From an uncultured Bacilli bacterium (GTDB lineage Bacteria; Bacillota_I; Bacilli_A; RF39; UBA660): 63,830 nucleotides of DNA. A program made the position numbers and the translations under genes. Shown one piece after another: positions 9,446 to 18,087 of this stretch (its first letter is position 1; each line of letters begins with the position of its first letter). Under the pieces are notes generated by a model. The model saw nothing but the letters and a program-made list of their open reading frames with translations, ran no database searches and was not told the origin of the DNA. The stretch is taken from positions 1-63,830 of the forward strand of contig CANRJW010000003.1 in assembly GCA_947631035.1 (NCBI GenBank). The letters run 5' to 3'.

Positions 9446-9685
9446 ATGAAAGAGGCCACAGGAGAACTAAATATGACGTTAGTTGTTGTTATAGCGGTAG
9501 GAATCCTATCGGTCTTTTTCTTTGCAATTTTATGGCCAAGTCTTAAAAATACTTTTATTGCAACCAATAAATGCAGTGATGCTGTTTGTGATAAAAGATC
9601 TTTAAATGATGGTTATGTAACATGTAAATACTATAAAAATGGTAAGCAAGAAGGGGCAGAGTTTAAGTGCCCTTGGAAAGGTTAA
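9446..9685 (+). CDS. Small pilin-like protein 2 (tandem paralog)
   Basis: 79 aa. The first 33 nt differ from gene 1 at only 3 synonymous positions. The C-terminal domain contains 4 Cys. Confidence 0.5.
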   Translation: MKEATGELNMTLVVVIAVGILSVFFFAILWPSLKNTFIATNKCSDAVCDKRSLNDGYVTCKYYKNGKQEGAEFKCPWKG

Positions 9686-9700
9686 TAGTCAGGTGATTGT

Positions 9701-10168
9701 ATGAGAGAAGCCATTGGTGGAACTTGGATATTTCAAATTGTTATCTTCTTTATATTACTTTTTACTGGTTATATGTGTTTATCTATTAACCATTCCAAGG
9801 CATTTAATGTAAAAAATGCCATTATAAAATCAATAGAAAGAGAAGAAGGTATTAATTTAAGTAATCCAGAAAATGATAAGAGTATCGAAAGAATCGTGGA
9901 ATATTTAAAAGAAACTTCTTATCGAACGACAGGAAATTGTCCTGAAGGTTTTACTGGATATAATCGTGATGGAAGAATTGATAGTCGTAATTCTGCTTTC
10001 TGTTTAAAAGAAGAATCTGTATCTATGAATTCTGAAATGCCCAATATGAATTATTATCGTGTGGTTGTTTTTTATCAACTTGATTTGCCAATCTTTAATG
10101 ATATATTTAGTTTTAGAGTTTCAGGAGATACAAAAGTAATTAGTCATTCTATAGGGGTGAATTTATGA
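9701..10168 (+). CDS. Pseudopilin-like (TadE/TadF-position) membrane-anchored protein
   Basis: N-terminus MREAIGG followed by a hydrophobic helix. CPEG motif. Paralogous to the next gene. Confidence 0.45.
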   Translation: MREAIGGTWIFQIVIFFILLFTGYMCLSINHSKAFNVKNAIIKSIEREEGINLSNPENDKSIERIVEYLKETSYRTTGNCPEGFTGYNRDGRIDSRNSAFCLKEESVSMNSEMPNMNYYRVVVFYQLDLPIFNDIFSFRVSGDTKVISHSIGVNL

Positions 10169-10656
10169 GAGAAGGAATTGGTGGTGTTTGGTTAACCCAA
10201 TTAATTATCTTATTCATTTTAATCTTTGTTGCTTTTTTAGCATTATCTTTAAATTATACAAAGGCCTTTAAAGTCAAGAATGAATTGTTAACAATCATAG
10301 AAAAAAGAGAAGGGTTAACTACTGGTGATGATGGAAGTATTGCCATAATCAATAATTATTTAAAAAGTAATGGTTATTTCGTAACACATGCTTGCCCTGA
10401 AGGAAGCTACGGAATAAGAGATTTAAATAATCAATCTGTAAATTTAGTAAGTAAAAATGATAGAACGCCTTATTATTATTGTGTGACGAAAATAAAGTCA
10501 CCGATGAGTAATAATAATGGTAATGTCTACTATAAAGTTAATATATTTTTCTATTTTAACTTACCAATTATAGGAGATGTGTTTAAATTTGATGTCAGTG
10601 GATCTACCGAAAATATTATAAGATCTGCCGATTCATTACACGCAGAGGAGGAATAA
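10165..10656 (+). CDS. Pseudopilin-like (TadE/TadF-position) membrane-anchored protein, paralog
   Basis: N-terminus MREGIGG followed by a hydrophobic helix. CPEG motif. ATGA overlap with the upstream gene. Confidence 0.45.
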   Translation: MREGIGGVWLTQLIILFILIFVAFLALSLNYTKAFKVKNELLTIIEKREGLTTGDDGSIAIINNYLKSNGYFVTHACPEGSYGIRDLNNQSVNLVSKNDRTPYYYCVTKIKSPMSNNNGNVYYKVNIFFYFNLPIIGDVFKFDVSGSTENIIRSADSLHAEEE

Positions 10657-10659
10657 AAA

Positions 10660-11652
10660 GTGAATGTTATAGTGTCAAATAAATATCAATCTTTACTAGC
10701 GACATTGGATATTGATGTTATTAAAAATATTAATGGGGAATTTGAAGTAGAAGATTTAGTGAATCAATTTACTAACTTTTATTATAATAAAATGATTCTA
10801 GATATTACAGCATTAAAAAATTATCAAGATATTACGACGTTACAAAATTTATCCGTCAGTATGGATGTCAGTAATATCATTCTTTTGTTAGATGATTCCG
10901 AAATCGTTAATTCTCCTAAATATTTGTCTGGTTTAATTTCAATGGGCATTTATAATTTTACGAGAAATGTAGATGCCATTAAGTTTTTAATTAATAATCC
11001 AAATACTTATAAAGATGTTGCTCAATATCACCAATTAAATAGTGTAACAGCAAGTACAGAAGAAGGCGGAGACTATAATAAATTAGGTTTACGAGTAATT
11101 GGAATTAAAAATGTTACCAATCATGCTGGTTCAACAACATTAACCTATTTGTTGAAAAAAGAACTTGCTAAAAAATATAATGTCATTGCCGTTGAAGTCG
11201 ACGAACATGATTTTATCTATTTGAATGATAAAACCCTTAGAAGTACCTCAAGTTTAGATTTACCATCCTTTATTGCTATGAATAGTGATGCAGAAGTTAT
11301 CTTAGTAGATTTGAATGATCGAGGAAGTATTAGTTCCTGTACAGAAGTTCTTTACTTAATAGAACCAGGTTTAATTAAATTAAATAAATTGATTCGTAAA
11401 GATAAAAGAACATTCGAAAAATTACGTGATAAAAAAATTATTTTAAATAGAAGTATTTTAAATCAAAGGGATGTTAAAGATTTTGAATATGAATCAAAAA
11501 GTAAAGTCTTCTTTAACATACCATATCTAGACGATAAGTTGGACAATCATAAGGTATTAGAAGAATTATTAGTGAAGTTAGGTTTTGTTCGTTTTGACGA
11601 ATCTACGGAAAGTGAAACAAAAACAAGTAAATTATTTAATATATTTAAATAA
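10660..11652 (+). CDS. TadZ/CpaE-like protein (receiver-like N-domain plus MinD/ParA-like domain with degenerate Walker A)
   Basis: 330 aa. The P-loop position reads GIKNVTNHAGSTTLT (nt 11101-11145), with no Lys. A hydrophobic strand ending in Asp (VILVDLND) follows. Its location in a Tad-like locus supports the call. Confidence 0.4.
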   Translation: MNVIVSNKYQSLLATLDIDVIKNINGEFEVEDLVNQFTNFYYNKMILDITALKNYQDITTLQNLSVSMDVSNIILLLDDSEIVNSPKYLSGLISMGIYNFTRNVDAIKFLINNPNTYKDVAQYHQLNSVTASTEEGGDYNKLGLRVIGIKNVTNHAGSTTLTYLLKKELAKKYNVIAVEVDEHDFIYLNDKTLRSTSSLDLPSFIAMNSDAEVILVDLNDRGSISSCTEVLYLIEPGLIKLNKLIRKDKRTFEKLRDKKIILNRSILNQRDVKDFEYESKSKVFFNIPYLDDKLDNHKVLEELLVKLGFVRFDESTESETKTSKLFNIFK

Positions 11653-11818
11653 AGTGTTAATGAACGTATTTCTAAAGTCAAGCACATTGATTTAAGAAGT
11701 GCGTTTTTCTTTAAGAAAAAAATAAGAATCTTTTTTAGTTAGTATAAAGACTTTAAGAAATGTTAATCAATAAAATGGTGTAAAATTGTCAAAATTGACG
11801 CATTTTACATTGTAAAAC

Positions 11819-11847
11819 TTGACATTAAGTCAAATAATCGCTAAAAT
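11819..11847 (+). promoter_or_regulatory. Consensus-like sigma-A promoter heading the T4SS module (TTGACA-17-TAAAAT)
   Basis: TTGACA at 11819-11824, 17-nt spacer, TAAAAT at 11842-11847, 32 nt upstream of the ATG at 11880. Preceded by repeats tgtaaaattgtca / tgtaaaacttgaca and the palindrome gtcaaaattgac. Confidence 0.6.
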
Positions 11848-11879
11848 TAAGTTAGTAAATGAGAAAGAGGTAAGAAATT

Positions 11880-12272
11880 ATGGATTTATTTTTAACAATG
11901 GCAGTAAATTTTTGTACACAAACTGCTAATATATGGCAAATCATAGGATATGTATTATTAGTTTTTAAAATTGTTATTCCTATTTTGTTAATTATATTTG
12001 GTGTAATGGATTTAGGAAAAGCAGTTATCGCAAGTAAAGATGATGAAATTAAAAAGGCTACAAAGTCTTTAGTTACAAGAGCAATAGCCGCTGTAGTAAT
12101 TTTCTTATTGCCAACAATTATTACATTTGTAATAGGTTTGGTTACGGATTTTAGAAAAAATACAGAAATATCAGATGACTATGACATTTGCAGAAGATGT
12201 ATAACGAATCCTGGTGACTGTACAGAGGCAGGAGATGCTTGGGAAGGTAAAGCCCCTAAAACAGAAGATTAA
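11880..12272 (+). CDS. VirB2/TrbC-like two-TM pilin-like conjugal transfer protein (paralog A)
   Basis: The module KIVIPILLIIFGVMDLGKAVIASKDDEIKKATKSLVTRAIAAVVIFLLPTIITFVIGLV is a hairpin of two TM helices with a charged loop. C-terminal CRRCITNPGDC. Followed by its own terminator. Confidence 0.55.
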   Translation: MDLFLTMAVNFCTQTANIWQIIGYVLLVFKIVIPILLIIFGVMDLGKAVIASKDDEIKKATKSLVTRAIAAVVIFLLPTIITFVIGLVTDFRKNTEISDDYDICRRCITNPGDCTEAGDAWEGKAPKTED

Positions 12273-12295
12273 AGCAATCTAAAAATTGCTTTTTT
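12271..12295 (+). terminator. Rho-independent terminator or attenuator after pilin-like gene A
   Basis: Stem aaagcaat/attgcttt (8 bp), 6-nt loop, T-run. Confidence 0.55.
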
Positions 12296-12334
12296 ATTTG
12301 TCTTATTGTATAATTTTAATATGGTGATTCTTAA

Positions 12335-13444
12335 ATGAAAGAAAAAGTGAAAAAGTTTTATGATAACAACAAACAAAAAGTGACTTTATTTGGAAGTCTT
12401 GCTTTTGTAATGATTCTTATTATTGTAGCAATTGCTGTTGCGGTAAAATTTGTGGGTATTAAAATCTCTTATGAAAAATTAGAAGATAAACTAGAAGAAG
12501 CAGCTGCTACTTATTTACAAGAAAATCCAAGTGAATATCCAACGAGTACCAATCCTACTGTTGTTATAAGTACAGATACGTTAATTCAAAATAAATACAT
12601 TAAAGAATTAGAAAAATATGTTAAGGATTCTTCTTGTACAGCAAATGTTTTAGTAGATTATATTGCAAACAACAATTATAAATATCAAGCTTATTTAACA
12701 TGCAAAGATTTTAAAACAGAAGATTTTATTGATGTCATAAAAAAGAATAACAAAATTTCTGAAACTAAAGATGGTTTATATGAAATGAATGGAGAACTAG
12801 TATTTAGAGGGCAAAATCCTAATAATTATGTAAGTTTTGCCGATCGTTTATGGAGAATTGTTAAAATAGATAAAAATGATGCTATAGAATTGATTGTTAC
12901 AACAGAAAAAGCAGATATTACAGAAGAGTGGGATGATCGCTATAATACTGAAAAAGAATCGACAAAGGGAATTAATAATTTCTTATTAAGTAGAGCTTAT
13001 ACAAATATTAAAAATTTTTATGAGAATAATTTTAAAAGTTATGAACCTTATTTAACGACATTTGATTTATGCGTAGGAAAAAGAGGGGAAGATAGCACTT
13101 CTAAAAATGGTAATTTAGAATGTAATGAAAAGATTGAAAGCCAATATATAGGTTTATTACCAGCGTATGATTATATGAATGCAAGCTTGGATGGACTATG
13201 CAGTACAACAATTAGTAAAGAATGCCAAAACTATAATTATTTAGCGGATAATAAATTTAAGTGGTGGACAATGACAGGAGATATAGCAACAACTTATGAT
13301 GTATTCTATGTATCTTATCGTGGAGTGTTGGAATCTTCATATGCAAATACTTCTGCTCAAAATCGTTTTGTTGTTGCTTTAAGGGATGATGTATTATTTG
13401 CAAGTGGAGATGGTACTTTAGAAAATCCATATACAATAAGATAA
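12335..13444 (+). CDS. Membrane-anchored extracellular protein of the T4SS module, unknown function
   Basis: 369 aa. N-terminal TM VTLFGSLAFVMILIIVAIAVAV. Extracellular domain with several Cys. Confidence 0.4.
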   Translation: MKEKVKKFYDNNKQKVTLFGSLAFVMILIIVAIAVAVKFVGIKISYEKLEDKLEEAAATYLQENPSEYPTSTNPTVVISTDTLIQNKYIKELEKYVKDSSCTANVLVDYIANNNYKYQAYLTCKDFKTEDFIDVIKKNNKISETKDGLYEMNGELVFRGQNPNNYVSFADRLWRIVKIDKNDAIELIVTTEKADITEEWDDRYNTEKESTKGINNFLLSRAYTNIKNFYENNFKSYEPYLTTFDLCVGKRGEDSTSKNGNLECNEKIESQYIGLLPAYDYMNASLDGLCSTTISKECQNYNYLADNKFKWWTMTGDIATTYDVFYVSYRGVLESSYANTSAQNRFVVALRDDVLFASGDGTLENPYTIR

Positions 13445-13448
13445 AAAG

Positions 13449-14633
13449 GTGAAGTCTATGAAAAAAAAAGAAATACTATATTTAGCACTTTTAATATTGA
13501 TTTTTCCAGCAATGGTAAAAGCCGCGAATACAACTTGTGAATATAAAGGTTCCTATTCGTATGAACAATATGGTGGGGTAAAAAGCGAAGATGTAACTAT
13601 TAACTGTACTTTTTATGATACTGGTGGATATAGTTGTTATGCTTCCACAAGTAAATCCCAACAAATTATATCGAATTGGAGCACAGCAGCGAGTGGATTT
13701 AAAGCTAAAGATTATTTTGAACAAAATAATACTTGTTTTCCTTATATGGTATTTTTGGATAAGGGTTCATTGTTTAATCGTTATGAAATATATGGTGCAG
13801 ATACTTATGAAACTGCTTCCTCAATTAGTATAGATTTAACTACGAAATCAACTGGGTATTTTTCAGGCATAATGTCCATTTCGAGTCCTGATGAAAGAGA
13901 TGCAGCTGAGGAAATGTATGAAAAGATCGATACTTATACTGCTTTCCTTCAAAAAATGAAAACAGATGAAGACCCTTGGGAATTAAATAAATGCTTAGAT
14001 AGTGAAGGACATTTGGATTCCAATTCTGTCATGTATGATGTTTGTAAAACAAGATTACAACAGTTTTATGAAGATATAAATACATGGCAATCCGAGATAA
14101 ATGAAGCGATAAATAGTGGATTAATAGATGCGAATAATAAAAGTGTTCAAGAATTTAATAAAGCAGTTCAAAACGCAAGGTCAAAAGTAAATGAAACAAC
14201 TGATAAAATTATTCAAGAACAACATGAAAAGGAAAATAACAATGAAAACAATAGCACTAATAAAAATGAGGAATATGAAACAGCAGATTTAAGTCAATTT
14301 TGCGAAGAAGTTAGAGTACAAAATTCTTTAAAATTTCTTGGATATTTATTAATGATTGTTAAAATAGTTGTTCCATTACTATTAATCATTTTTGGAGTTA
14401 TTGATTATGCAAAAGCTGTAGTTGCATCGGACGATAAAGCACTGAAAAGTTCTACATCTTCTTTTGTGACTAGAATTGCTGCAGGTGTGATTATTTTCTT
14501 ACTTCCAACAATTATTAATTTTGTATTTGGACTAGTTGCTGGAGCGAATACTGGTATGAAATACGCAAAGTGTCGAACTTGTATTTTTAATCCAAAAGAA
14601 TGTGGTACGATAAATCTTACTAGTAAAAGATGA
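13449..14633 (+). CDS. Secreted domain fused to a C-terminal VirB2/TrbC-like module (paralog B)
   Basis: Signal peptide ...IFPAMVKA|AN, then about 280 aa of soluble and coiled-coil region. This is followed by KIVVPLLLIIFGVIDYAKAVVASDDKALKSSTSSFVTRIAAGVIIFLLPTIINFVFGLV and CRTCIFNPKEC. Confidence 0.55.
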   Translation: MKSMKKKEILYLALLILIFPAMVKAANTTCEYKGSYSYEQYGGVKSEDVTINCTFYDTGGYSCYASTSKSQQIISNWSTAASGFKAKDYFEQNNTCFPYMVFLDKGSLFNRYEIYGADTYETASSISIDLTTKSTGYFSGIMSISSPDERDAAEEMYEKIDTYTAFLQKMKTDEDPWELNKCLDSEGHLDSNSVMYDVCKTRLQQFYEDINTWQSEINEAINSGLIDANNKSVQEFNKAVQNARSKVNETTDKIIQEQHEKENNNENNSTNKNEEYETADLSQFCEEVRVQNSLKFLGYLLMIVKIVVPLLLIIFGVIDYAKAVVASDDKALKSSTSSFVTRIAAGVIIFLLPTIINFVFGLVAGANTGMKYAKCRTCIFNPKECGTINLTSKR

Positions 14634-14676
14634 GAAATATTGATATAATGTTTAAAGAGAAAAAAGTAGGGATAGT

Positions 14677-15120
14677 ATGAAAAAAAGGAGTATATGGATT
14701 TTACTATTATTTTTAATGGTTTTGCCAATAAAAGTGCAAGCTAAAAGTTTAAATCTTGAAAATACAGTAATATCTGTTAGTATAAATCAAAATTATATGC
14801 TGCAAAAAATATATGAAATAAAAAAGTTTGCGGATGATGAAACGATTTCTGTCGAATGTAATGGTATTTTTGATGGAGAATTTGGAAAAATTTTAAAGGA
14901 AATTTTGGATTTAGTAAAATTTGTTGTTCCCGTTTTAATTATTGGACTATCTATAATTGATTACATGAAAGCGCTTGTTGCTCAAAAGCCAGAGGAAATA
15001 AAAAAGGCAACGCAGAGGTTGGTAAAAAGAATAATCATAGGTGTTTTAATATTTGTTTTACCAACAATATTAGAATTTGTTTTAGATTTAGCAAGTATTG
15101 GAATGTGTAAAGTAGGTTAA
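14677..15120 (+). CDS. VirB2/TrbC-like pilin-like protein with cleavable signal peptide (paralog C)
   Basis: Signal peptide MKKRSIWILLLFLMVLPIKVQA|KS. Module KFVVPVLIIGLSIIDYMKALVAQKPEEIKKATQRLVKRIIIGVLIFVLPTILEFVLDL. Confidence 0.55.
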   Translation: MKKRSIWILLLFLMVLPIKVQAKSLNLENTVISVSINQNYMLQKIYEIKKFADDETISVECNGIFDGEFGKILKEILDLVKFVVPVLIIGLSIIDYMKALVAQKPEEIKKATQRLVKRIIIGVLIFVLPTILEFVLDLASIGMCKVG

Positions 15121-15139
15121 TAGAAAGGAGAGAAGCATT

Positions 15140-17203
15140 ATGCTAACAATGGTATTTGTTTTAAATATTTTTAAGTATGGTTTAAGTGGTATACTTCTAT
15201 TTTTGGATGCCATTGTTTATTATGTAGCAGGGCTTTCTTTTTCTTTATTTGAATCTTTAGCTAGATTTCAATTTTCAGAGCAAATTGATTACCAAGGACT
15301 TGCTGAAAAGTTTTATGTTGTAATTGGAGTTGCAGCACTTTTTTTCGTAACTTATTCACTATTAAAATCAATAATTAATCCAGACGATTTAAATAAAAAT
15401 GTTGGAAAAATAGCGGGAAATTTAATTGTTTCTATCATATTGCTTGGAATAGTTCCATTAATTTTTTCTTATGCTTTTCAAATTCAAAATGCTATTTTAG
15501 ACGATAATATTATTGGAAATTTAGTTTTAGGAAATTATTCTACAAAAGAAGGAGCAGCTAATACATTAAGTAGTGAAGGAAATAAGGCAACTTTAAGTAT
15601 ATTAAAAGCCTTTTTAAGTCCTAAAGATGGAGCTGATAGTGCAGATACAACTGGAGAAGATAGCGATGGAAGTGAATATACGTGGTCTGAGTTTGAAGAA
15701 GAAGCTAATTCTGGAGATGCTGGTGCTTTTTTAAAGTTAACAGCGTTTGCTGAACCCGTTCACGATGGCGATTTTAGTTATTTACCTATAGTTAGTACAA
15801 TTTGTGGGGTATTCTTAATTTATGTTTTGATTTCTTTTTCACTGGATTTAGGGGTTCGTGTTATTAAACTTGCTTTCTATCAAATAATTGCTCCAATTCC
15901 TATTTTACTTCGCATTATCCCTGAAAAGAAATCTGTTTTTGATAATTGGGTAAAAGCTTGTATAGCTACATTTATGGAAGTTTTTATTCGCTTGTTTATT
16001 ATGTTTATCGTAGTTTATTTAGCAACGTTTATTTTAGACGAAACAAAAAATTTATTTTCTAGTAGTAGTTTAAATTTAATCGGAAAAGTTATTGTTGTTC
16101 TTGGTTTCTTTGCTTTTGCTAAACAAGCACCTAAATTACTTAGTGATGTTATGGGAATTGATTCTGGTAATATTAAACTTGGCATTGGTGGAAAACTTGC
16201 AGCTGGCGGAGCCTTTACTGCTGGAGCAATACTAGGGGGAGGTTTAACTGCCGGAGTTCGTAATTTGACACATGGAGTTCAAAATTTTCAAAATGCTCAA
16301 GGATTTGGAAATAAAGCCAAAGCTTTAGGTAGAACTATTGCGAGCACTCCCGCTGGTATTATAAGTGGTGGTGTTAGAAGTGGAGTAAATGGATGGTCAG
16401 CGAAAAATACGAAAGATATGCGAAACGCTGCATCCAAAGGCGCTACGGCTACAGTTAATAAAAGAAATGATAGAGAAACATTTCGAGCTAGTTATGGTAG
16501 TGGTCCAATTAATGCAATAAAGGGACGTGCATCTGAAACAGGAAGAAATATTTCCAATTGGGCAACTGGAGGTTCTTCTAACATTTTAAATAAAGTTTCT
16601 TGGGAGGAGCAATTTAAGAATCTTTATAACGATTATCAAGCTTTATATGAAAATCCTACTTATAATGCTATGGATGCTGAACTACAAAAGATAAAAGGTT
16701 TACAAGCTGCAGGAGTAACGACTTATGAAGGTCAAAATATTGGTAATGCTATAAAAAATTTGGAAGGGCAAATGTTAGAAAAACGTCTTGATGCCATAAG
16801 AGGTAATAAACAATCTGCAGCATATGCTATGTATAATATTGCTCAAATGGCGAGAAAAAGTCCTGATTTGGCTAAAAGTATTGGTATAGATGTTTCTATG
16901 GCAAAGGATTTAGTTTTAAGGGGTGGAGAAATACTAGATACTTCTACAGGTCAAAAAGTAACTGCTGATAAATTATATAGTATGATAGAGGGTTCATCAT
17001 TAAGTGGAATAACTTATGATTCTGCTTCCAAAGAGTATAAAGATTCTCTTGGAAATGTTGCTAATTTAGTTACAATAGCTAATAGTCAAGCAAAAGATGG
17101 TATGAAACATCAAAAGAAAAAGGCATCCGATGCTGCTAAAGCAGATAAAGTTTCTATAGCTTATAAAGAAGCTCAAAAAAGACAAGAGGAATCAAAAAAA
17201 TAA
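15140..17203 (+). CDS. VirB6/TrbL-like polytopic channel protein with long C-terminal soluble extension
   Basis: 687 aa. Multiple TM helices lie in the first ~370 aa. Gly/Ala-rich segment GGKLAAGGAFTAGAILGGGLTAG. It sits between the pilin-like genes and the VirB3/VirB4 genes. Confidence 0.5.
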   Translation: MLTMVFVLNIFKYGLSGILLFLDAIVYYVAGLSFSLFESLARFQFSEQIDYQGLAEKFYVVIGVAALFFVTYSLLKSIINPDDLNKNVGKIAGNLIVSIILLGIVPLIFSYAFQIQNAILDDNIIGNLVLGNYSTKEGAANTLSSEGNKATLSILKAFLSPKDGADSADTTGEDSDGSEYTWSEFEEEANSGDAGAFLKLTAFAEPVHDGDFSYLPIVSTICGVFLIYVLISFSLDLGVRVIKLAFYQIIAPIPILLRIIPEKKSVFDNWVKACIATFMEVFIRLFIMFIVVYLATFILDETKNLFSSSSLNLIGKVIVVLGFFAFAKQAPKLLSDVMGIDSGNIKLGIGGKLAAGGAFTAGAILGGGLTAGVRNLTHGVQNFQNAQGFGNKAKALGRTIASTPAGIISGGVRSGVNGWSAKNTKDMRNAASKGATATVNKRNDRETFRASYGSGPINAIKGRASETGRNISNWATGGSSNILNKVSWEEQFKNLYNDYQALYENPTYNAMDAELQKIKGLQAAGVTTYEGQNIGNAIKNLEGQMLEKRLDAIRGNKQSAAYAMYNIAQMARKSPDLAKSIGIDVSMAKDLVLRGGEILDTSTGQKVTADKLYSMIEGSSLSGITYDSASKEYKDSLGNVANLVTIANSQAKDGMKHQKKKASDAAKADKVSIAYKEAQKRQEESKK

Positions 17204-17228
17204 GTAAGTAAAAAGGGAGAGTATAGAT

Positions 17229-17540
17229 ATGAACAATAATTATTTGATACCAGCAAATTCAAAGAAATCAATGTTAATACTTGGATTTTTTACTCCAATT
17301 GATTTAATATTGTTTGGAGTAGGGTGTACAATTACTTTAGGTTTGCTCTTTATATTAAATGATAATATGGAAATGGGAACACTTCTTCTTGTATTAGCCC
17401 CGGCTTTAATCTCTGCATTCTTAGTTATGCCAGTTCCAAATTATCACAATGTACTCCAGTTATTAACAAACATCATTCTGTTTGCTTTGGGTAGAAAAAG
17501 ATTATATTGGAAAGGCTGGTGTATAAACGATGAAAAATAA
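17229..17540 (+). CDS. VirB3/PrgI-like small membrane protein
   Basis: 103 aa with two TM helices. It lies immediately upstream of, and overlaps, the VirB4 N-terminal ORF. Confidence 0.5.
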   Translation: MNNNYLIPANSKKSMLILGFFTPIDLILFGVGCTITLGLLFILNDNMEMGTLLLVLAPALISAFLVMPVPNYHNVLQLLTNIILFALGRKRLYWKGWCINDEK

Positions 17541-18087
17541 TAAAGTAGCAAGTAAATATACAGAAGATTGGGTACCAATTAAACAAATCATGAATGGAAT
17601 GATTCAACTAGATTCTGGTGAATATGTAACAGGAGTAAAAGTGGCTCCTAAAAATATATTTATTCTAGATCAAGATACGCAAAATAGAACAATCTATCAA
17701 TTAAGAAATTTTTATAATACAATGGATTTTGAATTTTGGTTAATTATCGCCGATCGTCCTGTAGATATCAATGTTCATTTATCACAATTACAAATTCTTT
17801 ATAATAATGCAAGTAGTAGTGCGATTCGTAAACTTATTATGCAAGATATTAACAAAGCCAATATGTTTATGAGTGCTGAATATAACGTGGTGGATACGGA
17901 ATACTTTATTCTATTTAAAGAAAAGAAATTAGATATCGTTCAAAAACGTATTCATAATATTATAGATAATATATCAAAATGTGGTCTTAATTCGACCCAA
18001 GTATCGAATAATGATTTAAGAATGCTTATTGATAATTTCTTTAATGGGGGCGGAGCAACAACATTAGGGACGGTGATGCCAGAATGA
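17530..18087 (+). CDS. VirB4-family N-terminal domain encoded as a separate ORF
   Basis: EDWVPIKQIMNGMIQLDSGEYVTGVKVAPKNIFILDQDTQ resembles the start of Gram-positive VirB4 proteins (Tn916 Orf16 / PrgJ type). The ORF ends in an ATGA overlap with the ATPase ORF. Confidence 0.5.
   Translation: MKNNKVASKYTEDWVPIKQIMNGMIQLDSGEYVTGVKVAPKNIFILDQDTQNRTIYQLRNFYNTMDFEFWLIIADRPVDINVHLSQLQILYNNASSSAIRKLIMQDINKANMFMSAEYNVVDTEYFILFKEKKLDIVQKRIHNIIDNISKCGLNSTQVSNNDLRMLIDNFFNGGGATTLGTVMPE

Noticed and set aside
11653-11700. Possible terminator after the TadZ-like gene (aagcac...gtgcgttttt)
   Set aside because: Only a 4-5 bp stem can be drawn, which is too weak to call.
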